Positions 1 through 7,885 of a stretch of 32,000 nt of DNA are shown one piece after another. The first letter of the stretch is position 1. Every line of letters begins with the position of its first letter. Under the pieces are notes generated by a model. That model did not search any database, was not told the DNA's origin, and was given only the letters and a program-made list of their open reading frames with translations. This DNA is from Promethearchaeota archaeon (GTDB lineage Archaea; Asgardarchaeota; Odinarchaeia; Odinarchaeales; JBHLKK01): positions 60,001-92,000 of the forward strand of contig JBHLPL010000001.1 of assembly GCA_048939465.1 (NCBI GenBank), written 5' to 3'. The position numbers were made by a program, and so were the translations under genes.

Positions 1-2
1 TG

Positions 3-425
3 TTTCTATCTGGCCTTGGCATATTATTGCTCGCGTGGATTCTGATCGTTTTTGCATTCTGGACAATCTCCAGAGTGACTGGAGGAAAAGGATCATATCG
101 AGCAACCTTTCTGGTCACAAGCTATGCCTTTGCCCCTCTTATAATCGCAAGGTTAATTTCTCTGGTTGTCTTGGCAGGTGGACTCCCAAGCGTTACCATT
201 ACCGAAGCCATGGCTCCTGGAGAATTGGGCACAGCACTGATACCTTTACTCAATTCTGTAGTCTGGACTTATTCCCTTGGTGTTGAGACTTTCTTTTGGC
301 TTTGGTCTGCACTGCTTTCTTCATTGGCAATAAGAGAAACTCAGAATACGTCAACTCTCAAAGCGGTAGTAATGGCTTACGCTGTTATCATATGCTCTCT
401 ACTAATACTTTGGACAATTCATTGA
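3..425 (+). CDS. Yip1-domain membrane protein (5'-truncated by window edge)
   Basis: Frame is open from base 3. Hydrophobic multi-TM protein with SRVTGGKGSYRATFLVTSYAFAP, matching the Yip1-family GGkG.y...f.v..Ya..P pattern. Confidence 0.65.
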   Translation, partial: FLSGLGILLLAWILIVFAFWTISRVTGGKGSYRATFLVTSYAFAPLIIARLISLVVLAGGLPSVTITEAMAPGELGTALIPLLNSVVWTYSLGVETFFWLWSALLSSLAIRETQNTSTLKAVVMAYAVIICSLLILWTIH

Positions 426-492
426 AGATAGGTCTGGGAACTGGCTTGGTCCATATTTGAAAGTCCTGTAATCTCTGAAGGGCTCAAGTAGG

Positions 493-1488
493 TCATCGGA
501 TCATCACTATGAGTTTGATGGGACTGGCCAGATTCTTATCATTAACAAAAATGAGATCTCCTTCTTTCACTCCGGTATCTTTCAATACGATGCTATCCGG
601 GACAATCTTGCCCTCGATAATAATCTCAGGATTCTGAAGGCCATAGGTCATTATCAGCCTGTTTTTTAATTCTTGAATGGGTTCTTCCAGGTTCACGACA
701 TATTTGACGCCTACGGTGCGGTACTTAGGACTGCAAACAACACAGCTCGGATTACGGACAAGCCTAATCTTTGTAAAAGACTGGCTCAATCCATCGTAAA
801 ATAGATAGTTGTCAAGCAGATCCTTGCGTTCTAAAATAATCTTTAGCGTTTCTTGTGCTTGGATTCCTCCGACTACTGTAGTTGTTGTGGAAATCATTGG
901 AAATTTCTCCTTCTCTTGCTCTTTCTCTTTTCGCGCCTCTCCAGGAAGAGTACAGGCCTTCTGTAATCTTTCTTTTGGTATCAATGGTTGGCATTCCAGG
1001 CAGGGCGTTTCAAAGGGGATGATTACCTGAACGTTCCCCCACCAGCCAAATAATCCTCCATGAATTAGAGGCTTATTCAAGTGAACACACATGGAATTCA
1101 GCCATCTGCGTGCCTCAAAAGTATCTAAGCCTTCCACGATGACCGAACTTCTCTGGTAGACTTCTTTATCTATCGACCGCATATCCTTCATATAGGTACT
1201 TACCTTGACTTCCGGATTGAGTTTCTCAAGGAATTCCTCAGCAGCCTCCACTTTCAATCTTCCAATATCTTCTTCTCTGAAAAGTATTTGTCGGTTCAAA
1301 TTCGAAAGCTCAATTGTGTCGTTGTCTATAAGAATCAACTTTCCTATTCCCATCAACGCCAGATCAAGAGCAACTACCGAGCCTAAAGCCCCCACTCCTA
1401 CGACCAAAACCGTTGAATTGCGAATCAATCCTTGGTCCCATTCTTCGAGAAGTTCCTGTCTATGATAACGACCTTCTCCTTCTTTCAA
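493..1488 (-). CDS. Ubiquitin-activating enzyme E1 (ThiF/MoeB/UBA fold with C-terminal ubiquitin-fold domain)
   Basis: RYHRQ, GVGALGS nucleotide-binding loop, DNDTIELSNLNRQ, Zn pairs CLEC/CVVC, putative catalytic Cys in ACTLPG, C-terminal beta-grasp-like segment. Start refined to TTG 1488 (SD GGAGGGG, TTGA overlap with E2 stop); ORF track starts at 1515. Confidence 0.93.
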   Translation of the reverse strand: MKEGEGRYHRQELLEEWDQGLIRNSTVLVVGVGALGSVVALDLALMGIGKLILIDNDTIELSNLNRQILFREEDIGRLKVEAAEEFLEKLNPEVKVSTYMKDMRSIDKEVYQRSSVIVEGLDTFEARRWLNSMCVHLNKPLIHGGLFGWWGNVQVIIPFETPCLECQPLIPKERLQKACTLPGEARKEKEQEKEKFPMISTTTTVVGGIQAQETLKIILERKDLLDNYLFYDGLSQSFTKIRLVRNPSCVVCSPKYRTVGVKYVVNLEEPIQELKNRLIMTYGLQNPEIIIEGKIVPDSIVLKDTGVKEGDLIFVNDKNLASPIKLIVMIR

Positions 1489-1955
1489 GCCTGCCCCCTC
1501 CTGAGGTGTTTCCAAGTAGCATACCTTTTGATATACTCTTTTACTTTCTCCTTGAATTCTCTTGGCGACTCACGCATTTCCTTTGCAGCCACTCGATTCA
1601 GAGGGTCGTGAGGGTTGGGAAAGCTCAGGACGTTTCTTATGGCCTCGATTACGCCAACTAAATTTATGCTTGGAGACCAATCTTTCCCCAGAATGCCCAG
1701 ACATATTCTTCCCTCCCTGGTGATATTTGGATGCCAAATTGGAGTCAAGAACCGAGCTTTGGGAGGTTTAAATGGATAGCTTCTGTCTACTTCTAACTCG
1801 ATTTGGAAGACCCCTCCATCGTAAACACTGGTACCTAGAATGAATCCACGCCATTTTGTGAGGTCTCCACTTAGCGGTTGAAATGAAGGTTCCTCCTCCT
1901 CTATGCTCTTAGCTTCAAGTGCCAAGCGCTCTAAGAATGCCTCTCTGTCTAAAAT
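1485..1955 (-). CDS. Ubiquitin-conjugating enzyme E2 (UBC)
   Basis: YPFKPP, HPN and catalytic Cys (IWHPNITREGRICLGILGKDWSP), PNPHDPLN. Frame extends upstream of the TTG at 1925 through LDREAFLERL; start probably ATT 1955 (see findings). Confidence 0.95.
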   Translation of the reverse strand: MLDREAFLERLALEAKSIEEEEPSFQPLSGDLTKWRGFILGTSVYDGGVFQIELEVDRSYPFKPPKARFLTPIWHPNITREGRICLGILGKDWSPSINLVGVIEAIRNVLSFPNPHDPLNRVAAKEMRESPREFKEKVKEYIKRYATWKHLRRGQA

Positions 1956-2010
1956 CTTTCCATACCTCCCTCTGAATATGTAAAATCACAAAGAAATAAG
2001 TATGTGAAAA

Positions 2011-2024
2011 ATATTAAAACCTTA
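2011..2024 (-). promoter_or_regulatory. Putative BRE/TATA promoter of the E2-E1 operon
   Basis: Minus strand TAAGGTTTTAATAT, near-identical to TAAGGTTTAAATAT upstream of the SSB gene. Confidence 0.5.
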
Positions 2025-2101
2025 TAGTTCAGGATCGATCCTCCTGAATGATACGGCCTTCTATCCTCCAGATGAAAGATCCTAAGCGAAATAGAAAGTA
2101 T

Positions 2102-2344
2102 TTAAGGATCTCCTCCTTCGGTTCTAGTAATAAGATACACCTTATCTCTTTCGACGCACCCTGCTTCTTTAAGTGTCGTACTATCCAGCTGTTCCATACC
2201 TTTGAATGCAAGGACAAAGGTTGCTTCTGGTATACGTCTCTGTCTGGCAATTATTCTCTTGAGTTCACCGAATGAAATATTAGGCGCCACATCAAGTGTG
2301 GTCTTCATTCCACCAATTGCAGAGACAATCTCTACCTCCATCAT
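2102..2344 (-). CDS. Ubiquitin-like modifier (pro-form with GG followed by DP)
   Basis: 80-aa beta-grasp pattern ending YLITRTEGG-DP*; clustered with E1/E2/RING genes; SD GGGGTGA. Confidence 0.93.
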   Translation of the reverse strand: MMEVEIVSAIGGMKTTLDVAPNISFGELKRIIARQRRIPEATFVLAFKGMEQLDSTTLKEAGCVERDKVYLITRTEGGDP

Positions 2345-2359
2345 AAATCACCCCAATTA

Positions 2360-2599
2360 CTATTTTACCATAAGATGTCTAGTGGAGAGTTTTCTTTTGC
2401 AGAAGGGACATTGGCCCTTCGTCTTAACCCATTCCAGCAGTTCAATCTTGTGAGCTTGGCTTCCGCAGTATGGACAGTATATTGTCTTCTCGCCGGGTCT
2501 TATTGGCAGAAGGCAAACGATGCACCTTTCTGGCTCCCAAAGCCACTCTCCTAAGACTCTAACTTGCTTTATTACGAATCTGTCAGCTGCCTTCGACAT
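2360..2599 (-). CDS. Small RING-finger protein, putative E3 ligase
   Basis: C-x2-C-x12-C-x2-C-x4-H-x2-E-x3-W-x6-C-P-x-C; directly upstream of ubiquitin on the same strand; resembles archaeal small RING finger E3s. Confidence 0.85.
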   Translation of the reverse strand: MSKAADRFVIKQVRVLGEWLWEPERCIVCLLPIRPGEKTIYCPYCGSQAHKIELLEWVKTKGQCPFCKRKLSTRHLMVK

Positions 2600-2632
2600 T
2601 TAGTATCTCCAAAGAAGATTAATTAAGAACAC

Positions 2633-2649
2633 TATTAAATACTTTTGCG
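2633..2649 (-). promoter_or_regulatory. Putative BRE/TATA promoter of the RING-ubiquitin genes
   Basis: Minus strand CGCAAAAGTATTTAATA about 35 nt upstream of the RING start. Confidence 0.5.
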
Positions 2650-2742
2650 AATGCCCCCACTCGGGGCAGTTCAGACTCTTTGCTCTGAATTGATCATCTC
2701 CTACAGCCTTGGAATTGCAGATTAGTCGAAAAACCAACAGAG

Positions 2743-3474
2743 CTAACCCCCCAAAACCTCTTCAAACATATCAAGCAAAACATAGCGAGTTGAGGGATCA
2801 ATGGCAACAGTTCCATAAGTTGGCACACCCAATAGTCTTCCCACAAGTTCTGGGTCCAATGAGTGGGGAAGGTCTTGTTTGTTTGCAATTGCAACAACCT
2901 TTGCATCAGGAACACGTTCTTGGACGAGGCTCATGATTCTCTTCCTGGTCCTGGCTACACTCGTTACAGACGAGTCCGTAACAACGATGATAATATCTGA
3001 GCCCCTGATCATTACGTCCCAGAATCGACCAAATCGTTCTTGTCCAGCGAAATCCCACACGATCACTTTTACTGGCGTTTCCACCCCTTCGAGATTTTTG
3101 ATATTGACCATTAGGGTAGGAGTATGGTTTATGGGAACTTCTTCATCAAAAAGCAATTTCAGCAGTGTTGTCTTGCCTGCACCGCCAAATCCCAAAAAGG
3201 AGACCTTAATGATCCTCATTAGCTGGCTTACGGAAAGTCTCATCTTACAGAAGGGACATTTACCTTTGGTCTTAACCCATTCAAGTATTTCTCTTCTGTG
3301 AGCAATACATCCACAGTTTGGGCAGTCTATTGTCTTATCGTTAGGTCCTATTGGCAGAAGGCATACTATGCAATTCTTCGCTCCCACTTTTTCCACCCAG
3401 TCTTCCGATCTGTGGATATTGCAGAGCGTCAAATCGATTAGGAAATCCTGTCTCTCTTCACTGGGCCACCTCAA
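2743..3474 (-). CDS. RING finger-small GTPase (Arf/Rab-like) fusion protein
   Basis: RING (CIVC...CPNC...H..E...W...CPFC) in one frame with G1 GFGGAGKT, G2 PT, G3 WDFAGQ and G4 NKQD. The true start may be the later GTG (MGAKNC...). Confidence 0.85.
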   Translation of the reverse strand: MRWPSEERQDFLIDLTLCNIHRSEDWVEKVGAKNCIVCLLPIGPNDKTIDCPNCGCIAHRREILEWVKTKGKCPFCKMRLSVSQLMRIIKVSFLGFGGAGKTTLLKLLFDEEVPINHTPTLMVNIKNLEGVETPVKVIVWDFAGQERFGRFWDVMIRGSDIIIVVTDSSVTSVARTRKRIMSLVQERVPDAKVVAIANKQDLPHSLDPELVGRLLGVPTYGTVAIDPSTRYVLLDMFEEVLGG

Positions 3475-3701
3475 ATCTTACAAGATTTTGTAGCCTAACT
3501 ACATAATTGACACTTGTAGTATAAAAGATTTGTGATGCGCTATTAATTCACAGCAAAGAAGTGTGTAAAACACGGTAACCCGCGGTTTCTTTGTTTAGAG
3601 TGAGTTGAAGGTACGATTAAATCTCCTTTGAGTAATTGAGTACTACGAATGTTTTTAAGTATTCTACTACAAATATGTATTGCGTTTGTGAGGGACTGAA
3701 T

Positions 3702-4184
3702 TTGAGCAGTTCAAAGCGGAAGCAATTTGAGATAAAGCTTGAAGTAATCAAAACTCCTAAGGGTGAAGTTCCCACGGTCAAAAGCTTAAGGCAGGTAGTT
3801 ATGGGTCTAAATGAATTGAATAGTGATATCGTTAATGTGAGGTCTCAGATTATGGGGGAAATAAAGGATTTAAAGCGTGATGTTACCGCAGTAAAGAAGT
3901 TGCTTGCCGAAGAGGCGGTTACTTTTGATGCCATCAATGAGAAGTTCACAGACCTTAACAACAGCTTGGAGTCTCTATTAAAGCAAAAAACAGATGATAA
4001 AACCCTGAAGGCTGTTAAGGGGGTAGGGGCTACTCTAAACTCTCTTGAGACTCAGCTTTCTGAAATGGCGAAAAATGTGAAAGATGGACTTGCGGAACAG
4101 GCCAAAAATGTTGCTAATGCCGTAGGCAAACTCTACCTTTTCCTTGAAAAGGCAGAAGAAGGAAAGAAGAAAAAGACCTCCTAG
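3702..4184 (+). CDS. Hypothetical coiled-coil protein
   Basis: Heptad-rich body after a short N-terminal beta-rich head (FEIKLEVIKTPKGEVPTV). Start refined to TTG 3702 (SD GAGGGA + 6 nt); ORF track starts at 3636. Confidence 0.75.
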   Translation: MSSSKRKQFEIKLEVIKTPKGEVPTVKSLRQVVMGLNELNSDIVNVRSQIMGEIKDLKRDVTAVKKLLAEEAVTFDAINEKFTDLNNSLESLLKQKTDDKTLKAVKGVGATLNSLETQLSEMAKNVKDGLAEQAKNVANAVGKLYLFLEKAEEGKKKKTS

Positions 4185-4194
4185 GCCTCTCTTA

Positions 4195-5229
4195 TTATGT
4201 GTAAAATCTATCTCTCTGTCTTTGTCTCTCTTCTAAGAAACTCACAAAGTCACTTAGGGTCGGATCATTCTCAAGTTCGTCGTGAATCAGTTCGGCTACG
4301 CTCAGAATTGATGCTGCAACATGTGCCTTGACTTGTTGTGTTTTCTTGTCGTCGGGCTTCAGGAAACTCATTATTCTTTTTTGAAACTGCTGTAGAGTCA
4401 GCAACCTATCAACCAAAAGACCGAATGATTTCATAATGTTCTCTCTTGTGGCTGAAGCATCCTCCTTTATTCCTACTGCTTCCATGGCACGAAGACATGG
4501 ATATAATATCTCAGAGCCAAACCAATTTACCAGAAGGCCTCTTTTGTCTATGGTCTTGAGAAAAACCGATAGTGGAATCCCAAGTTCTTTTATTCTATTC
4601 TTCGCCAGCTGGGCCGCTTTTTCTAGCCCTACTTCATGTGTGGCCTTAAGAACCCCTACCATGATTGAACTGACGGCAATGGAAAGAACCCTCCTGAGAT
4701 TGTTGGCTTCCAACAGCTTGTTGATTAGCTCCTTTGCTTCATCCAGATTAATGTCTGATATGACAAATGATTTTACGATTTCCAAAAGCTGACCTCTGAC
4801 CTCTAAGCTTTTCCCGTAACCTGTTCCGTCCAGGGCAAGTAGAGTATAGGCAGTCTCAAGTATTTCTTTATCAAACCATTGCACGACCAGGTATTCATTT
4901 GTAACCCTTCTCAAATCTGTGGCGGTCTTAACGTCTTTGAGTATATGTGCTAGCCGTTCAATAAACGTTTCAAAAATCGCAACTATGTATTCTTGGACAT
5001 TTGCGTCTATTCCGTATCTCTTCAACTCTTTTTTTATAATCTTTCTAAAGCCGGACTCGGTTATCTCTCCCTTCAAGTATTTAATGAACGGAGCAAAAAG
5101 ATCTTTTTTGAGATTGTCCAAAGAGGGCGGCTTGAGTTCCCTGACTAGCCTCTCAGTCATTCCCCACACTATGAAATAGTAGAAGTCTCCCATTGCCTTA
5201 TAGTATTCGCTAGCGAATTCCTCACCCAA
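4195..5229 (-). CDS. Hypothetical all-alpha protein, downstream partner of the HerA-like ATPase
   Basis: Long ORF with helical amphipathic pattern. Start refined to TTG 5229 (SD GAGGTGA + 7 nt), 7 nt after the ATPase stop. Confidence 0.75.
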   Translation of the reverse strand: MGEEFASEYYKAMGDFYYFIVWGMTERLVRELKPPSLDNLKKDLFAPFIKYLKGEITESGFRKIIKKELKRYGIDANVQEYIVAIFETFIERLAHILKDVKTATDLRRVTNEYLVVQWFDKEILETAYTLLALDGTGYGKSLEVRGQLLEIVKSFVISDINLDEAKELINKLLEANNLRRVLSIAVSSIMVGVLKATHEVGLEKAAQLAKNRIKELGIPLSVFLKTIDKRGLLVNWFGSEILYPCLRAMEAVGIKEDASATRENIMKSFGLLVDRLLTLQQFQKRIMSFLKPDDKKTQQVKAHVAASILSVAELIHDELENDPTLSDFVSFLEERQRQRDRFYT

Positions 5230-5236
5230 TTGCTGC

Positions 5237-7843
5237 TCACCTCTCATCAATGAGGTTTATCAGAGTATTCAAGAGTTCGCAGAACTTCCTGGCGTCTTCT
5301 TCGCTAGATGATACACCGACAAGAGATGCGATAGCGATTCTGTTGTTCTTTGCCGAAGTAATGGCAATTCTCAAGTTTCCCTTTCCAGCCAAAATTACAG
5401 GTATCTCCTCATCTGATGGCACACTATCGATTGTCCAATTCTTGGATTTCAGTAAATCATGGATCTCCTGCAGGACTACTTGAGGTTCCTTGGATACTTT
5501 CTTGTGACAAGTCTTGGAATATACCTTGATATCACTTGGGAACAAATGTTCGTGATATCTATACCTCATAAGTCTATTTAGAAATCTTTTTAACATGTCA
5601 TCTGGAACATCAAGGGTCTTCGGTGCTGGTATTTCATAAGATCCGGCCGCTGCCACTTTTTCTGAGTCTTCGGGGTTGGCCCCTTCTTCAATGACTTCTT
5701 CGTCAGGTATTGCATATTCAATAAGCTTTGGAGATGCTTCTCTTCCGGCATGCTGACTTGTTCTGGGTCGAATTCTCAAAACAAATCCCCGGTTCGTAGT
5801 TAGTCTGGTTGACTGATCCATTATTATGGGGGTTCCAACTGGAAGGCTTCTTATGAAACTCGACTTTGAAATTTCTTTGGGAATCTCTGCCGGGGATCTT
5901 TTCATGAGTGCCTTAATATCATCTGCATAAGTCAAGTTGTGAGCAATCAGAATATCTACTTGAGAGAGGATACGGGCGTCAGTTGCTGCTGGTTGTTGGG
6001 TACACAACAACAGCCCACATCCCGGTTTTCTGCCTTCTTTAGCGTAATCAATGAGGGGCTCAGAAGCAATTGTCTCTCCATCTGAAGGGACTACTTGCTG
6101 GGCTTCGTCTATTAGAAGCCAGGTTACTGGTATCTTTTCTTCTATATCCCCATATCCGAGATGTTTTGCCTCAATCGTTCTGGAGATCTTCTTTCGCTCT
6201 CTTAGGATCTTCCGTGCAAGAATCCCAACTACCAACTCCCGGATACTGTCCCCCAGAAAGCTTACATCTACTATAGTAATCTGATTTGGAACAACTATTT
6301 CGTTGAATGCTGTCCCTTTCTTAGAGAATATCCCCCATTGTTTGGCGGATTCCAGTCTAGAAATAACGGCTCTTCGAGTATCAAGTCTGAATCCTCCTTC
6401 CTTGGAAAGGATTTCCGTATCATCTTGAACGCACTTTATCATATCGTCAATAGTGTAATCTTCTCCTTTACCATCAATACGCATTCGGTTTCCATAGGCA
6501 TCCACCACGGAATAGCCGTCTCTAACCTTATTGACTACTCTTCCGGTCAGAAAACCTCTTGGACTGGACTGCTCCAGTTTAAAGAGATAACACCAATCAT
6601 CTGCAGTAAGCTCACCAGGCTTTATCGAGAATGCATCATCTCTTGTTTGTTCTGGAATCTGATGGAATAATCCTACAGGAACTAGGACCTGAACGTTTGA
6701 ATATCCCTCTGGGTCTAGTTTCCATTCCCCAAGATTCTCTAGCTCGTCCTTCTCCCAGTTCGGATATTTCATGCTCCAAAATATGCCCATCGGATCAACT
6801 ATCACAACAGCTATCCCGAGACCACATCTAGCTAGTTCTTCAGCAATGACTCCGAGTGTGTATGATTTTCCGGATCCCCGATGGCCGCATATGAAAATAA
6901 CGTGGGGTTTCACTGCGTCTACCAGTACCTTACGGCCGAAATACCCTTTACCGCCAGCAGGTTTTTCGCAGATCCTCCCAATATACAAAGTCCCACGACA
7001 TCCAAATTTCTCTTGAAATTGCTTGGTCCTCCCAACAATAACTGACTCTCCGAGACAGTCATCAAGGAGTCTCAGCTCCTCCTTCATTGCGGGGCTGTAT
7101 TCAACAGGAAACGATTCCTCCTTGAGGACTCTCATCTCCCCCCTTACGTGGTTGATGAGCATCTGCAGTTCTTCTATACTTCTCGGAGGTATGGTCAGCA
7201 TGCTTTCTATATATTTCCGAAGCTTATCCTTCTTTGGATAGTGCCCAGAGGAATATCCTGAGAGTTCCCACAGCATAAGCTCGATAGTCTCTTCTTTCGT
7301 CAGCCCCTCAAAAGGCACTGCGTCAACTGAAGCGGTGTCCAGAAATTTTGAATCACCCAACGCGAGGTACAAAAGGAGGGACGCATTTATCCTATCGTTT
7401 CCGTCGAATTCCTTCAGCATACTGATAGCATTCTCTAGGTATCTCGGTTCTTTTTTCACGTTATATGCCTGAAGAAGTATGCGAAATCGATGTACGTCTA
7501 TCTTGTTGTTAGATAGTGCGTAATCATATACCTTCTTCTCAGCCTCGTCAATATTTATTTCTAAGGCTCCCGAGGCTCCTTTCAATGCTTGAATGGTTTC
7601 CCAGGTATTCTTCAAAGGATCATCCTGAAATGCCCATTCCCCGGATGGTAATTGTGAGGAGAGAATGTCTTCGACAATGATTGATGCTATTTCCAGAAAG
7701 ACAAGGTCTTTTGTCATCTGATAGACTCGTACGCATGCATCGACGAGGAACGGTCTATCAACAGCTCTTGCGGATTCGGCACTGAAACTTGTTATGTAGT
7801 CTAGGATATGTGGTAATATTTCACATAGAGGTCTTCCATGCAA
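5237..7843 (-). CDS. HerA/FtsK/VirB4-superfamily ATPase (DUF87-type) with extra N- and C-terminal domains
   Basis: Walker A GHRGSGKS, VIVDPMG, Walker B WLLIDEAQ, EGRKPG arginine finger and TQQP. About 260-aa helical N-terminal extension and about 160-aa C-terminal extension. Confidence 0.88.
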   Translation of the reverse strand: MHGRPLCEILPHILDYITSFSAESARAVDRPFLVDACVRVYQMTKDLVFLEIASIIVEDILSSQLPSGEWAFQDDPLKNTWETIQALKGASGALEINIDEAEKKVYDYALSNNKIDVHRFRILLQAYNVKKEPRYLENAISMLKEFDGNDRINASLLLYLALGDSKFLDTASVDAVPFEGLTKEETIELMLWELSGYSSGHYPKKDKLRKYIESMLTIPPRSIEELQMLINHVRGEMRVLKEESFPVEYSPAMKEELRLLDDCLGESVIVGRTKQFQEKFGCRGTLYIGRICEKPAGGKGYFGRKVLVDAVKPHVIFICGHRGSGKSYTLGVIAEELARCGLGIAVVIVDPMGIFWSMKYPNWEKDELENLGEWKLDPEGYSNVQVLVPVGLFHQIPEQTRDDAFSIKPGELTADDWCYLFKLEQSSPRGFLTGRVVNKVRDGYSVVDAYGNRMRIDGKGEDYTIDDMIKCVQDDTEILSKEGGFRLDTRRAVISRLESAKQWGIFSKKGTAFNEIVVPNQITIVDVSFLGDSIRELVVGILARKILRERKKISRTIEAKHLGYGDIEEKIPVTWLLIDEAQQVVPSDGETIASEPLIDYAKEGRKPGCGLLLCTQQPAATDARILSQVDILIAHNLTYADDIKALMKRSPAEIPKEISKSSFIRSLPVGTPIIMDQSTRLTTNRGFVLRIRPRTSQHAGREASPKLIEYAIPDEEVIEEGANPEDSEKVAAAGSYEIPAPKTLDVPDDMLKRFLNRLMRYRYHEHLFPSDIKVYSKTCHKKVSKEPQVVLQEIHDLLKSKNWTIDSVPSDEEIPVILAGKGNLRIAITSAKNNRIAIASLVGVSSSEEDARKFCELLNTLINLIDER

Positions 7844-7885
7844 ATGGTTTCCCCCATTGGCAGATTCAGATGTTTTCAGAAGGAA

